Positions 39,894 through 50,011 of a stretch of DNA of 64,000 nt are shown here, one piece after another. The number at the start of each line of letters is the position of its first letter. The first letter of the stretch is position 1. The translations under genes and the position numbers were made by a program. The stretch covers positions 4,064,001-4,128,000 of the forward strand of contig CBDFLE010000006.1 of assembly GCA_965248925.1 (NCBI GenBank). Reading direction: 5' to 3'. Under the pieces are notes generated by a model. That model was given only the letters and a program-made list of their open reading frames with translations. It did not search any database and was not told where the DNA came from. This stretch comes from Candidatus Multivoradales bacterium. Its GTDB lineage: Bacteria > Acidobacteriota > Thermoanaerobaculia > Multivoradales > J023.

Positions 39894-42800
39894 GAGATTC
39901 GTTTCAAGACCTGATCACGGTCGCCGCGTCGAATGGCGGGACGAACGTACCGGTGACGCTGAGCTGGGGTTCGAACCTAGTGATCTCGGGTCAGACGGCA
40001 ACTGCAATCGTGGTGGCGGGCGTTGGGGGAAACCTGTTGCCGACCGATCCGGCAGGGACGCTGACCGCGTCGACGAGCCTTCCCTTCGACACCTTCAGTC
40101 TGATCTACCAAAACGGCCCGGACGACCCGATTAACGAGGGAGGGGCCGGGGTGAGCAACGGACATTCAGTGCGTATACCCGGCTTCGACTTCTGCGTCGA
40201 AGACACGCCGCCGGATCTCGAGATCGTCAAGACCGCGAGTCCGGCCGGCGCCGTGTCGCCCGGCGACACGATCACCTACACGATCGAGGTCACCAACAAC
40301 GGGCCGGGCAGCGCCACCGCCGTCACCGTCACCGACACCTTGCCCACCGGGGTCACCTACGTGCCGGGCTCGAGCTCGGCGACGTATTGGGTCGATCAGA
40401 TCACCGTCGTACCGGGCAGTTTTACCCACAACTACGGCGGCGCCACCTTCGACATCGCCGGTTTGAGCCAGACGTTCGACACCACCGGCAGCATTCCGGC
40501 CGGCGCCACGCTGACGTCGTACGAATTCACTGTCACCGGCAGCACGGTGGATTTCCTGAGCGACATCTCGTTGGCCGCGACCTATCCCGGCGGCACCGCC
40601 TATTCGTTGGCGGCCGGCAGCTTCGGCGGCGGTGGCCCGGGGGCGTTTAACGAAACCCGTGGCCCTGATCCCCTTGCAGGATCAGCCGAGGGGGTGTATC
40701 AGCTCATATGGGGAGATGTCTTCGACGGCGTCGGCGGCGACGACAACACGATCACCGCGGCGTCGTTCACCATCAACCACGAAACCACAACGGTGGGGCT
40801 AAGGCTGCGGGTGACCAATCCGTCGGCCGCGGCGCCCGGTCTGGTCACCGCCACGGTGCCCGAAGCCGGGGGCATCGATCTCGAGCCCGGCGAGACCATG
40901 ACGGTCACGTTCCAGGTCACCGTCGACGATCCGGCCCCCGGCGGCATCACCCAATTCCTTAACACCGCCGCGGCCGCGGCCACCGGCGTGCCGCCAGTCA
41001 GCGACACCGCGACCAATCCCCTCGGCGGCGCCGACGTAGCGGTGACCAAGACCTTGCTCACCCCGGGTACCTGCAGTGCGGGCCAGCAGGTGACCTACTT
41101 GGTGGCGGTGACCAACAACGGGCCGCTCGTCGCCACCAACGTGGTGGTGAGTGACACCCCATCCAACGTGATCATCCAGTGCGTCTCGAGCGCGAGCTGC
41201 GCGGCCTTCCCCTGCACCATCCCGAGCTTGGCCGTCGGTGCCACCGAGACCATCACGGTGGTGGGAGTGATCGGTGCCATCGGCGTGTTCGAGAACGCGG
41301 TGAGCGTCGCCGCCGACCAGGCCGACAGCGATCTCACCAACAACTCGGACCAAACCTCACACCTCGCCGGCAACGCGGTCAACGCGGCGTGCGAGTTCGA
41401 CAACGTGGCCTTCGTCAGCGCCGACACCAACGATCCCAAACCGGCCGATAACGTGGACGCCACGGGCAATGGTGGCTCGGCGTGTGCCGTCGACCTGGCG
41501 ATCACCAAGAGTGCGTCGCCGGATCCGGTGGCGGTGGGCGAGACCCTGACCTACACCCTGACCGTGACCAACAACGGGCCCGACGGTGCCACCTCGGTGG
41601 TGGTGACCGATCCCCTGCCGTCGCAGGTGACATTCCAGGGTGCGGTCCCGATCCAGGGTACGTGCAGCGAAGCCGGCGGCACTGTCAGCTGCAATATCGG
41701 GGACCTGGCGAACGGCGCTACGGCGACCGTCACCGTCACCGTCATCCTCGACACCACCGCTGTCTCTGACCCGCCGTGTCCGGCCGGCAGCATGAGCAAC
41801 GTGGCCACGGTCGGCGCTACCGAGTCCGATACCGACAGCGCCAATGATCAGGCCCAGATCTGCACCGCTACCCAGGCCCAGCTGCGGGTGGTCAAGAGCC
41901 TGGTCCCGAATACCGACATCGGGACCTTCGATTTGCAGATCGCCGGCGTCACCTACGCTGCGGCGGTCGGCAACGGCGGCGATACCGGCTTCCAGGGCGT
42001 CGACGCGGGCACCCCGGTGACCTTCGGGGAGCTGGCGGTGAGCCCGGCGGCGCTCAACTCCTACGACGTGATCTTCCTGTGTGTCGATGGCCATGGCGAT
42101 GTGCTGGCGACCAGCAACGAGGTGGTCACCGGTACCGGCGCCACGGCCGACGTGACGATCCCGGCGGGCGGCGCCGTCACCACGCTCGACCAGCAGGTCA
42201 CCTGCACAGTCTCCAATATCCGCAAGGCGAACATCGCGATCACCAAGAACGCGACACCGGCGGACGAGACCAACTTCGATTTCATTAGTGTCAAGAGGGT
42301 GGGCCCGGGGCCCAACCAGATCGGCGACTTCACGCTCGACGGCGAGCTGGTCGATGGCGCCGACGCCGACAGCGTCAACAACCAGCTGAGCTTCCAGGTA
42401 TCCGCCAACCGGACCTACCAGGTCACCGAGCTGGTGCCGGCGGGGTGGGAGCTGACCGATATCTCCTGTACAGACAGCACCTCCAACTCGACGGTGGACG
42501 TGGCGGGCCAAACCGCGACGCTGGTGCTCGATCCGGGCGACACGCTGGTCTGTACGTTCTTCAACCGCCAGCTGAGCCAGCTGACAGGAACGGTGTGGCT
42601 GGACGTCGACGGCGACGGTGTCGAGGACAACGGCGAGCCGGGGATCGCCGGCGTCACGGTCTTCTTGTGCGACGCGTCAACGCCGGTGTGCGATGCCGGC
42701 ACGGAGATCGCCACGGCGGTGACCGATGCCGACGGCAACTACGTGTTCCCGGATCTGATGCCCGGCAACTACCAGGTCCAGGTGGACGACACCGATCCGG

Positions 42801-45795
42801 CGCTCGACGGTCTCCAGGGCTCACCCGGCAACGGGGTGGGCAACAGCGGCACCATCGCCTTGCCGCCGGGCGGCACCGAAGTGGTCGATTTCGGCTACCT
42901 GCCGGACGCCGGCACCGCCGCCGTCGAAGGCACAGTGTGGAGCGACGCCGACGGCGACGGCATCGAGGATCCGGACGAGGTGGGAATCGCCGGCGTCACG
43001 GTGCAGCTGTTCAATGCCGACGGCACCCCGGCGCTCGACAGCGGCGGGCAGCCGATCACCGCGATCACCGGCCCGGACGGCTCCTACTTACTCACCGGAA
43101 CGCCCGTCTTGATCGGCACCACGGTCACGGACGCGAGCGGTAACTACAGCTTCAACAACCTGCCTGACGGCGACTACGTGGTCGAAGTACAGACCGCCGG
43201 TACCGCGGTGGACGGCTATGACCAGACCACCCAGAACGCCACGGGCGGTGTCGAGCTGGTCACTCTCGCGGGGGCGGACTCCACGGACCACGACTTCGGT
43301 TTCTTCGACAGCGGGCTAGTGACCAACCCGGTGACCCTGGCGTCGTTCGAGGCGTCGGGCACCTCTTTCAGGTGGGCCACGGCGACCGAGAGCGGAAATG
43401 TCGGCTTTTTCCTGTGGGCCTGGAACCGGGAGACCGGCGACTGGCAGGCGATCAACGAATCGCTGATCGCGTCTGAGGCGGTCTACTCGACTGATCCGCA
43501 GCACTATGCCTACGACGCGGGCTTACTCCACCAGGGACCGTTCATGGTGGAAGATGTCGACATCTACGGCCGCTCGCGTTTCCACGGGCCGTTCGAGGCG
43601 GATCAGCGCTTCGGCCATAAGGTCGCCGCGCAGCCGATCGATTGGCTGGCGGTGCGCGTTGCCCACGAACGTGCCGCGCGGTCGCGGTCGGCCGCCAAAG
43701 CTGCATCGTCCGGGACCGCGTCCGGGGCCGAGCTGCTGGTTGCCCAAACCGGTCTTTACCGCGTCACCTACGAACAGCTGTTGGCCGGCGGTGTGGACTT
43801 TCGAGGAACGCTCAAGCGCCGCCTGGCGCTGCTCGGTCCGGACGGCCCGGTGCCGATGCGCGTCGAATCGCCGCAAGGGCGTTTCGGCCCCGGCGGCTGG
43901 CTCGAGTTCCTGGGTGAGGCCATGGAGTCTCTGTACACCGAGACCCAGGTCTACCGCCTGGTAGTCGATGCTGCCCAGGCGCTGCGGCCGGCGGTCGACC
44001 ACAAGCCGGTGAACCCCCGGGCGGTAGCCCCCACCTCGTACCTCGAGACTCTGGCGGTGGGCCAGGACCGCCTTTACAGCTTCGGCTCGCCGAACGGTGA
44101 CCCATGGTTCGACGCTCGGCTTCTCGCCTCGTCGCAGCCGGCCGAGAAGGTCTATCGCTTCGAACTCGACGGCTACCTGCCCGATCAGCGGGCGCCTGAG
44201 CTGCGGGTCGAGCTGTGGGGTGTGACCGATTGGCCCGCAGCCCCCGACCACCATGCCGAGGTGTCGGTGAACGCTACCGTGGTGGCTGAGGCCCTCTTCG
44301 ACGGCCTGAGCGAGCAAACGCTCAAGGCGACCCTCACCGGCCTGAGCGCTGACGGCTCCGAAGAGCTGGTCGTGCGCTTGCCCCACGACACCGGTGTCGG
44401 CTTCGATCTGGTCCATGTGGAAGGCTTCTCGATTATCTACCCCCGTGCCGTCATCGCCCGCGATGGCCGTCTGCGGCTGGAGGCCAGCAGCAAAGTGCTT
44501 GAGGTGCGTGGCATGCCGTCTCCCAAGGCCGTGGTCTACCGTCTCGAAGACGGCCAGCTGACCCGCATCGACGCGCTGCAGAGCACCCTCGAAGCAGACG
44601 GATACCGCCTGCGCTTCAACGGTACCGCCGGCATGCCTGCGACCTGTTGGGTGGCGGATGTTGCCGCCCTGCTGACTCCGCAGATCCGTCCTGGCGCGGC
44701 AGCGGTCGATCTGCTCGACCGAGAGGCCGAACTCTTGATCGTCGCGCATCCGAGCTTCCTGGCCGGCATCGAGCCGCTCGCTGCGGCCCGCCGTGACGAC
44801 GGCCTGAGCGTGCGGGTGGTGGATCTCGAAGATGTCTACGCGGCTTACAGTGGCGGTGTGATCGATCCCGAGGCGATCCGCTCCTACGTCGCAGACGCTC
44901 ATGCCCGGATTGCCACCCGCTACCTGCTCTTGGTCGGATCGGATACCTACGACTACCTCGACCATCTCGGTCTCGGGGGGATCAGCTTCGTGCCGACTCT
45001 CTACGGCGCCACCGACGACATTGTAAGCTTCGCGCCGATCGACACTCGATTCGGCGACATCGACGGTGACCATGTCCCGGAGGTCGCGGTGGGCCGGTTG
45101 CCCGTGCGCACCCCGGACGAGCTGGACACGATGGTGAGGAAGATCTTGGCCTACCCCGCCATGGCAGCCGAGCGAACCGCGGTGTTCGCGGCCGATGGCT
45201 ACGACGCGGCCAACGCTTACTCCTTCACCGCCGACAGCGAGAGCCTGGCCGCGACCCTGCCCGCATCTTGGCAGTTGACCCGCGCCTACATCGACCAGCT
45301 CGGCCTGGCAGGTGCCAAGGAGTTGCTCATCGACACCCTCGACGCGGGTGTCTCCCTGGCCAGCTTCTTCGGCCATTCGGGTCCCACGGTGTGGAGCTTC
45401 AGCGGCCTGCTGAGCGCTGGTGACGCCGCCGCGCTCGACAACCGAGGCCGGCCGACGGTGATCACCCAATGGGGCTGCTGGAATACCTACTATGTATCGC
45501 CGTACTACGAGACCATGGGCCACCAGCTCATGGCCGGCGGCGATCCGAGAAGCGATCGCGGCGCCGCCGCCGTGCTCGGTGCCTCTACCCTGACCACCGC
45601 GGAAGGCGAACGCGAACTCGCGGCCGTCTCGTGCCGCGGCTCTTCGTCCCCGGCAACCGTGTCGGCGACGCCATCGTCGCCGACAAGCGAGCCTTGGCCC
45701 GAGAGTTCGGAGTAGGTGGCAGGCTAGACGTGCTCCTCGGATGGAACTTGCTCGGAGACCCAACCCTGGACCTCGGCCAAGCCGCGGCGCCCTAG
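39851..45795 (+). pseudogene. Giant surface protein: DUF11 repeats, SdrD-B-like repeats and C25 (gingipain-type) peptidase; 5'-truncated and frameshifted near 45620
   Basis: DLEIVK..TYTIEVTNNGP DUF11; GTVWLDVDGDG..EPGIAGVTV SdrD-B; LLLVGSD, VGRLP, FFGHSG, QWGCWN; conserved WNLLGDP tail lies in another frame ending 45795; no signal peptide. Confidence 0.78.
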
Positions 45796-46196
45796 ATCGT
45801 AGTCGCGGGTGGCTTCGAATCGGGAGATATCCATCTGTAGTCGAGCGATAGGGCACACAGTTGACGTCAAGGACGAGATACTGGGAGAGCCAGAGGACAC
45901 CGTTCAGGCCCATATGAGGGGACGACAGAGTTGCACACTCAATGGGTCGTCCCCCGTAGCCTTGCCTCATACCCCGCCGCGAAGTGTCTGGCACCGCCGC
46001 GGGTGGTGCCAGTGGTGGCACCACCCGGAACCCAGCCCAACCAAACCGGAAGGACCGCAAGAAGAATGCTGAAGCTGCCCGACAAGGATGAAGTTTCGAT
46101 GCCGGCCGGCAAGAGCTAGGAACAGCAGACGGTTTCAATGCAGCTGCGCCCGCCCTAGCTCCTCGGCGGCGGTTCATGACAGCAGGAACCGCACCC

Positions 46197-48683
46197 TCAT
46201 GGAAAGGGCTCGAGACGGATCTGATAACCGATCGTCACCGCCGGTTCATCGAACTTGGTCATCACCAGGTGCAGCTCGAAGTCGGTTCCAGGAACCACCG
46301 GCGACACCAGATTGACACTCCACTCGCGGACGGACCCGCCCACGGCCAGGTGCCGTCAGGTTGCTGGCGGATCGCGCTCCGTGGATAGGCCACGAGTGCT
46401 GGTAACATGAAGAGTTCGACTTCCGCCGACCAATTCCAAGATCACCGTGTTGTCGAAGATGATGTCGATGTCACTGATGTGATCCAGGTCGATGGTCGCG
46501 CAGCCCGACGTCGGATGGTCGAATTCGCAGGTCTGATCGGGGCGATCAATATCTCTCAACCCCAGCACCAACCTGCCACTGTCCGATGCCAGCAGATTGG
46601 GAAGTTGCCCGAAAATGTCGATCTTTCTGTGAAAGTTAGGGCTATTGAAGTCCACCGCGGCCAGCAGCTCGAACTGGCCCTCAGCCAGGAGTGTCGACCC
46701 GCCGACGGCAGGCAGGCAAACATCGATACTGGAATTGAAACCGAAGTCCGGGCCTACGTCCTTGACGCAGACCAACCCACCGGCGCACTCCGAGTCGTTA
46801 TCGCAGTCTCCCTGGCCGCGGCTGCAGGGGCCGCACTCGGTGCAGAAGCGGCCATGACCCGGCGGCCGAGGGCAGCTTCCACCACCGCCACCACCACCAC
46901 CACCACCGGTCCCGGCAAGGCAGACATCGACGGCGGGAGGGAAACCAAAGTCCGCACCAACATCGTTAACGCAGATCAGCCCGCTGGCACATTCCGAGTC
47001 GTTATCGCAATCCCCCTGGCCCTGTGTGCAGGGACCACATTCGGTGCAGAAACGGCCATGACCAGCCGGCCGAGAACAGCTTCCACCACCACCACCTCCT
47101 CCGCCGCCTCCGCCGCCACCGCCACCGCCGCCACCGCCGCCATCACCGGCAACGCAGACATCCACCGCCGGATTGAAACCAAAATCGACTCCGACATTGT
47201 TGGCACAGACCAGGCCTGGGGCACATTCGGCATTGCTGTCGCAGTCCCCCTGGCCAGCGGCGCAAGGCCCACACTCGGTGCAGAAACGGCCGTGACCAGC
47301 AGGACGGGAGCAGCTGTTACCGCCACCACCTCCGCCGCCACCTTCAGCCACGCAGACGTCGACGGCGGGAGGGAAACCGAACTGGCTGCCGACGTTGTCG
47401 GCGCAGCTCAGGCCAGCGAGGCATTCGAGGTCGCTGTCACAGTCGCCCTGTCCCTGCCCGCAAGGGCCACAAACAGTGCAGAACCGACCATTGCCAGGTG
47501 GCAGATCACAGTCCCTGGCGATAGCGTAGAGGAAACGCAGATCGGGCCGCTCAGCGTCGGCGAAGGCGATGGCGTCGTCGCTCACGGCAATCAGCGCAGG
47601 CTGGGCTCCTGCTGTCACTCCAAGCCAGGACCCTGTCTGAGTCGCGTCGATACGACCCAGGCTGTGGCGAATCTCACGACCGAGCAGAGCCATCGCGGCG
47701 CCTCGGCCACTGGCCAGCCAGCACTCGGCACCCTTGTTGAGCAGCACCTCGGCGCGAACGATCTGGTGAAACGGCTGGCCCTTCCAGGGATGCTCGGCAG
47801 GCTCGTACCAGACTCCGCTGAGCGCCAGGGTACCACCCTCTTGACAGTCGAAGCTGTCGCCGAGCAAGTCCGAGGAGGCGTCGAGATAGAGCACATTCGA
47901 TCCGCTGGCAGACTTGAACGGCAGACTGGTCAAGTCGCTAGCCAGCGCGCCTTGGAGGAGATCAATGGCGAAGAAGGGATCGCTCGACCAGAGCTCCAGA
48001 TTCCGAGAGAATGGCCCCAGATATTCGGCGACAGGGTCTGTAGCCAACCCATGAAGGTCCCACTGAACCGAGCCGCCATCGTCGAAGACCCGCCAGCGGA
48101 GGTTCACCGCCGAACTCTTCGTCGTCGTCAGGGCGCCAGCCAGCTCGACCGGTGACTCGACGAGATAGTCGGTCTTGACCTCCAGACCTTGGCTGGAGTC
48201 GCGCAGCCAGGCGAGGAAGCGCTCGGCGTGGCGATAGGGCCGCTGCTCAGTACCGCCCGGCGCCGCGGACCACAGCCGGCCCTGCTCGGAATCGACCCGC
48301 CAGAAGACACCTTGCGGAAAGTCGACCAGACGGTAGTGCTCGCTGCCACGGCGCAGGAAGAGCAATACCTCCTGACCGGGTGAGAAGACCGGTGCCCCCC
48401 AGATGTGGAGCACTCGGCCGCTCGATCCACGGCCGCCGGGAAATGACAGCCGCAGCACGGATCGAGCCACGTCACCAGCGATCAACGCCTCAATCCGCAC
48501 TTCCACCTCGGTGCGCGGACCCTGGGGAGTAGCGACAAACGCGACCTCGTCGACCACTCCCCGAACGATCAGCTCTGCCCGTTCAACCAGCCGCTCGTCC
48601 GCAACCTCGACGTAGCTGGTCGCCAGACTCGGCGCCACAAGACAGAGCATGCTCGCCAGAGCGAGCAGCACCTTGGTCGGCAT
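46197..48683 (-). CDS. Secreted Cys-repeat protein; 775 aa to the UGA at 46358-46356, or 828 aa if the UGA is read as selenocysteine
   Basis: Signal peptide, degenerate metzincin-like domain, four Cys-rich repeats; 52 further in-frame codons and a SECIS-like hairpin after the UGA. Confidence 0.7.
46326..46343 (-). promoter_or_regulatory. Putative bacterial SECIS element
   Basis: UGA + 12 nt + GUGGGCG-GGUC-CGUCCGC hairpin; same GGUC apical sequence and similar spacing as the E. coli fdhF SECIS. Confidence 0.6.
46716..47510 (-). repeat. Four intragenic ~54-aa Cys-rich repeats separated by poly-Gly linkers
   Basis: CxxPxG(H/N)GRFCTxCGPCxxGQGDCDxxxECxxGLxCxxxVGxxFGFxxxxDVC, four copies. Confidence 0.9.
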
Positions 48684-48924
48684 TCGTACCCCTTCACAGT
48701 TGACGCAGATGACCTGCGCCGGTGGACCTAATGCAAAAAGTTGACCGCACCAGCATAAAGAAGCTGTGGCGATAGGGCCACAGGCCTGTGACAGCTGGTA
48801 GGTAATTTGGGTCGAAATGGAGGCCTATAGGGGCGGCCAGCACATAGCTGCTAGAACCCGCTGACCGTCTCGACCCGGCTGCGGCCCCCGCCTCTATTAA
48901 AACGATGGCACCATTTGAGCGGGA

Positions 48925-49245
48925 TCACCCGACGGCATGCGCCGGAATCTTCTCCAGCTCTGCGCCGAGCCGCCTCTCTGCGTGCCAGAGATCGTAAGCC
49001 TGCTGCATCCGCAGCCAGAGCCCCGGTCCGTTGCCACAGAATCTACCGAGCCGAACGGCCATCTCCGGGCTGATGCCAGACTTGCCGGCCAGAACTCGGT
49101 GGAGAGTCTGGCGGGTCACTCGCAGCTCTCGTGCTGCCGCGGTGACCGACAGGTTCAGCGCCGGCAGCACGTCCTCGCGCAGGATCTCGCCAGGATGGGT
49201 TGGTGGCCGGTCGCGCCGTGCGCCACCTCTCAGGTCTTTAGACAT
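48925..49245 (-). CDS. higA: HigA antitoxin
   Basis: PTHPGEILRE, HTH, ISPEMAVRL, WLRMQQAYDL. Confidence 0.92.
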   Translation of the reverse strand: MSKDLRGGARRDRPPTHPGEILREDVLPALNLSVTAAARELRVTRQTLHRVLAGKSGISPEMAVRLGRFCGNGPGLWLRMQQAYDLWHAERRLGAELEKIPAHAVG

Positions 49246-49537
49246 CTCGTTCACCTCGCTGGTGGTATTGCTCCAAGTCCAGGTGCATGGCCCGCTTATT
49301 CTCCCAGCCGAAGGTGATGGACCAGGGGCCGTTGACGTGCAAGCTATACCTCGTTGGCTTGCCCCTCAGAGCATGGAAGTTGAATCCTGGCAGGTTCAGC
49401 TCAGACAGCTCCTCGGCAGAATCGAGAGCGTCCAGTCTGCGGAGTGCGCGGGTCTGGAGATCGGATCTCATCCGCCGGCTCCTACCGCGTTCTGAAAGCT
49501 CTTTGAGACCCTTGTGCCGGAAGCTCTTGATCACCAT
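49238..49537 (-). CDS. higB: HigB (RelE-like) toxin
   Basis: IKSFRHKGL, FHALRG, SLHVNGPWSITF, EQYH; toxin-first gene order. Confidence 0.9.
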   Translation of the reverse strand: MVIKSFRHKGLKELSERGRSRRMRSDLQTRALRRLDALDSAEELSELNLPGFNFHALRGKPTRYSLHVNGPWSITFGWENKRAMHLDLEQYHQRGERDV

Positions 49538-49540
49538 CGG

Positions 49541-49563
49541 AGTGTAACATGAGACGTGACACT
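49541..49563. promoter_or_regulatory. Probable HigA operator
   Basis: Imperfect inverted repeat AGTGTAAC-N7-GTGACACT just upstream of higB. Confidence 0.55.
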
Positions 49564-49570
49564 CTGCCGT

Positions 49571-49609
49571 TGCTCAGATGGGCTGCTCAGTTGGGCTGCT
49601 CAGTTGGGC
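49571..49609. repeat. 13-bp tandem repeat x3 (TGCTCAG(A/T)TGGGC)
   Basis: Seen directly in sequence. Confidence 0.85.
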
Positions 49610-49654
49610 TGGTACCCTCTTGGCAGATTCGCTGCATGAAATTCGGTAGTTGAT

Positions 49655-49888
49655 TCACTTCCTGAGCGCCGCCCGGGCCGCTGCCAGCTTCGAGTCCGAA
49701 ATTGCTGGCTGGGAAGCGCGCAACTCCACCAGAGCCTCGATTGCCGCTGCCCGTCGCTGAATTCTGCGACGCTTCGTCACCGCCTCTTGCATCAGTCGGG
49801 CGACGATGGCGTCCTTGTCCTCGCCGGAGAAGGTAGAGTCGAACTCTTCCTCGACTTGATCGGGTACGTTGAATTGGATCGTCGCCAC
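49655..49888 (-). CDS. Orphan antitoxin-like small protein
   Basis: MATIQFNVPDQVEEEF... RHH-like start, GGAGG RBS; no cognate toxin follows. Confidence 0.6.
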   Translation of the reverse strand: MATIQFNVPDQVEEEFDSTFSGEDKDAIVARLMQEAVTKRRRIQRRAAAIEALVELRASQPAISDSKLAAARAALRK

Positions 49889-50011
49889 CGCAGCCTCCGC
49901 GTTGAGATCATTGGCTAGATTCTAGAGCTTGTGAGTCCGCGCTCGCAAGCTGGAGAGACCAGGCCAGGCCGGCCTTGATCGACTCGACCCGACTGAACCT
50001 CGAACGCAGCG

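Noticed and set aside
43523-46177. 884-aa minus-strand ORF, and similar long shadow ORFs at 27614-28903, 35578-36864 and 46407-48155
   Set aside because: Antisense shadows of GC3-biased real genes, with no recognisable motifs
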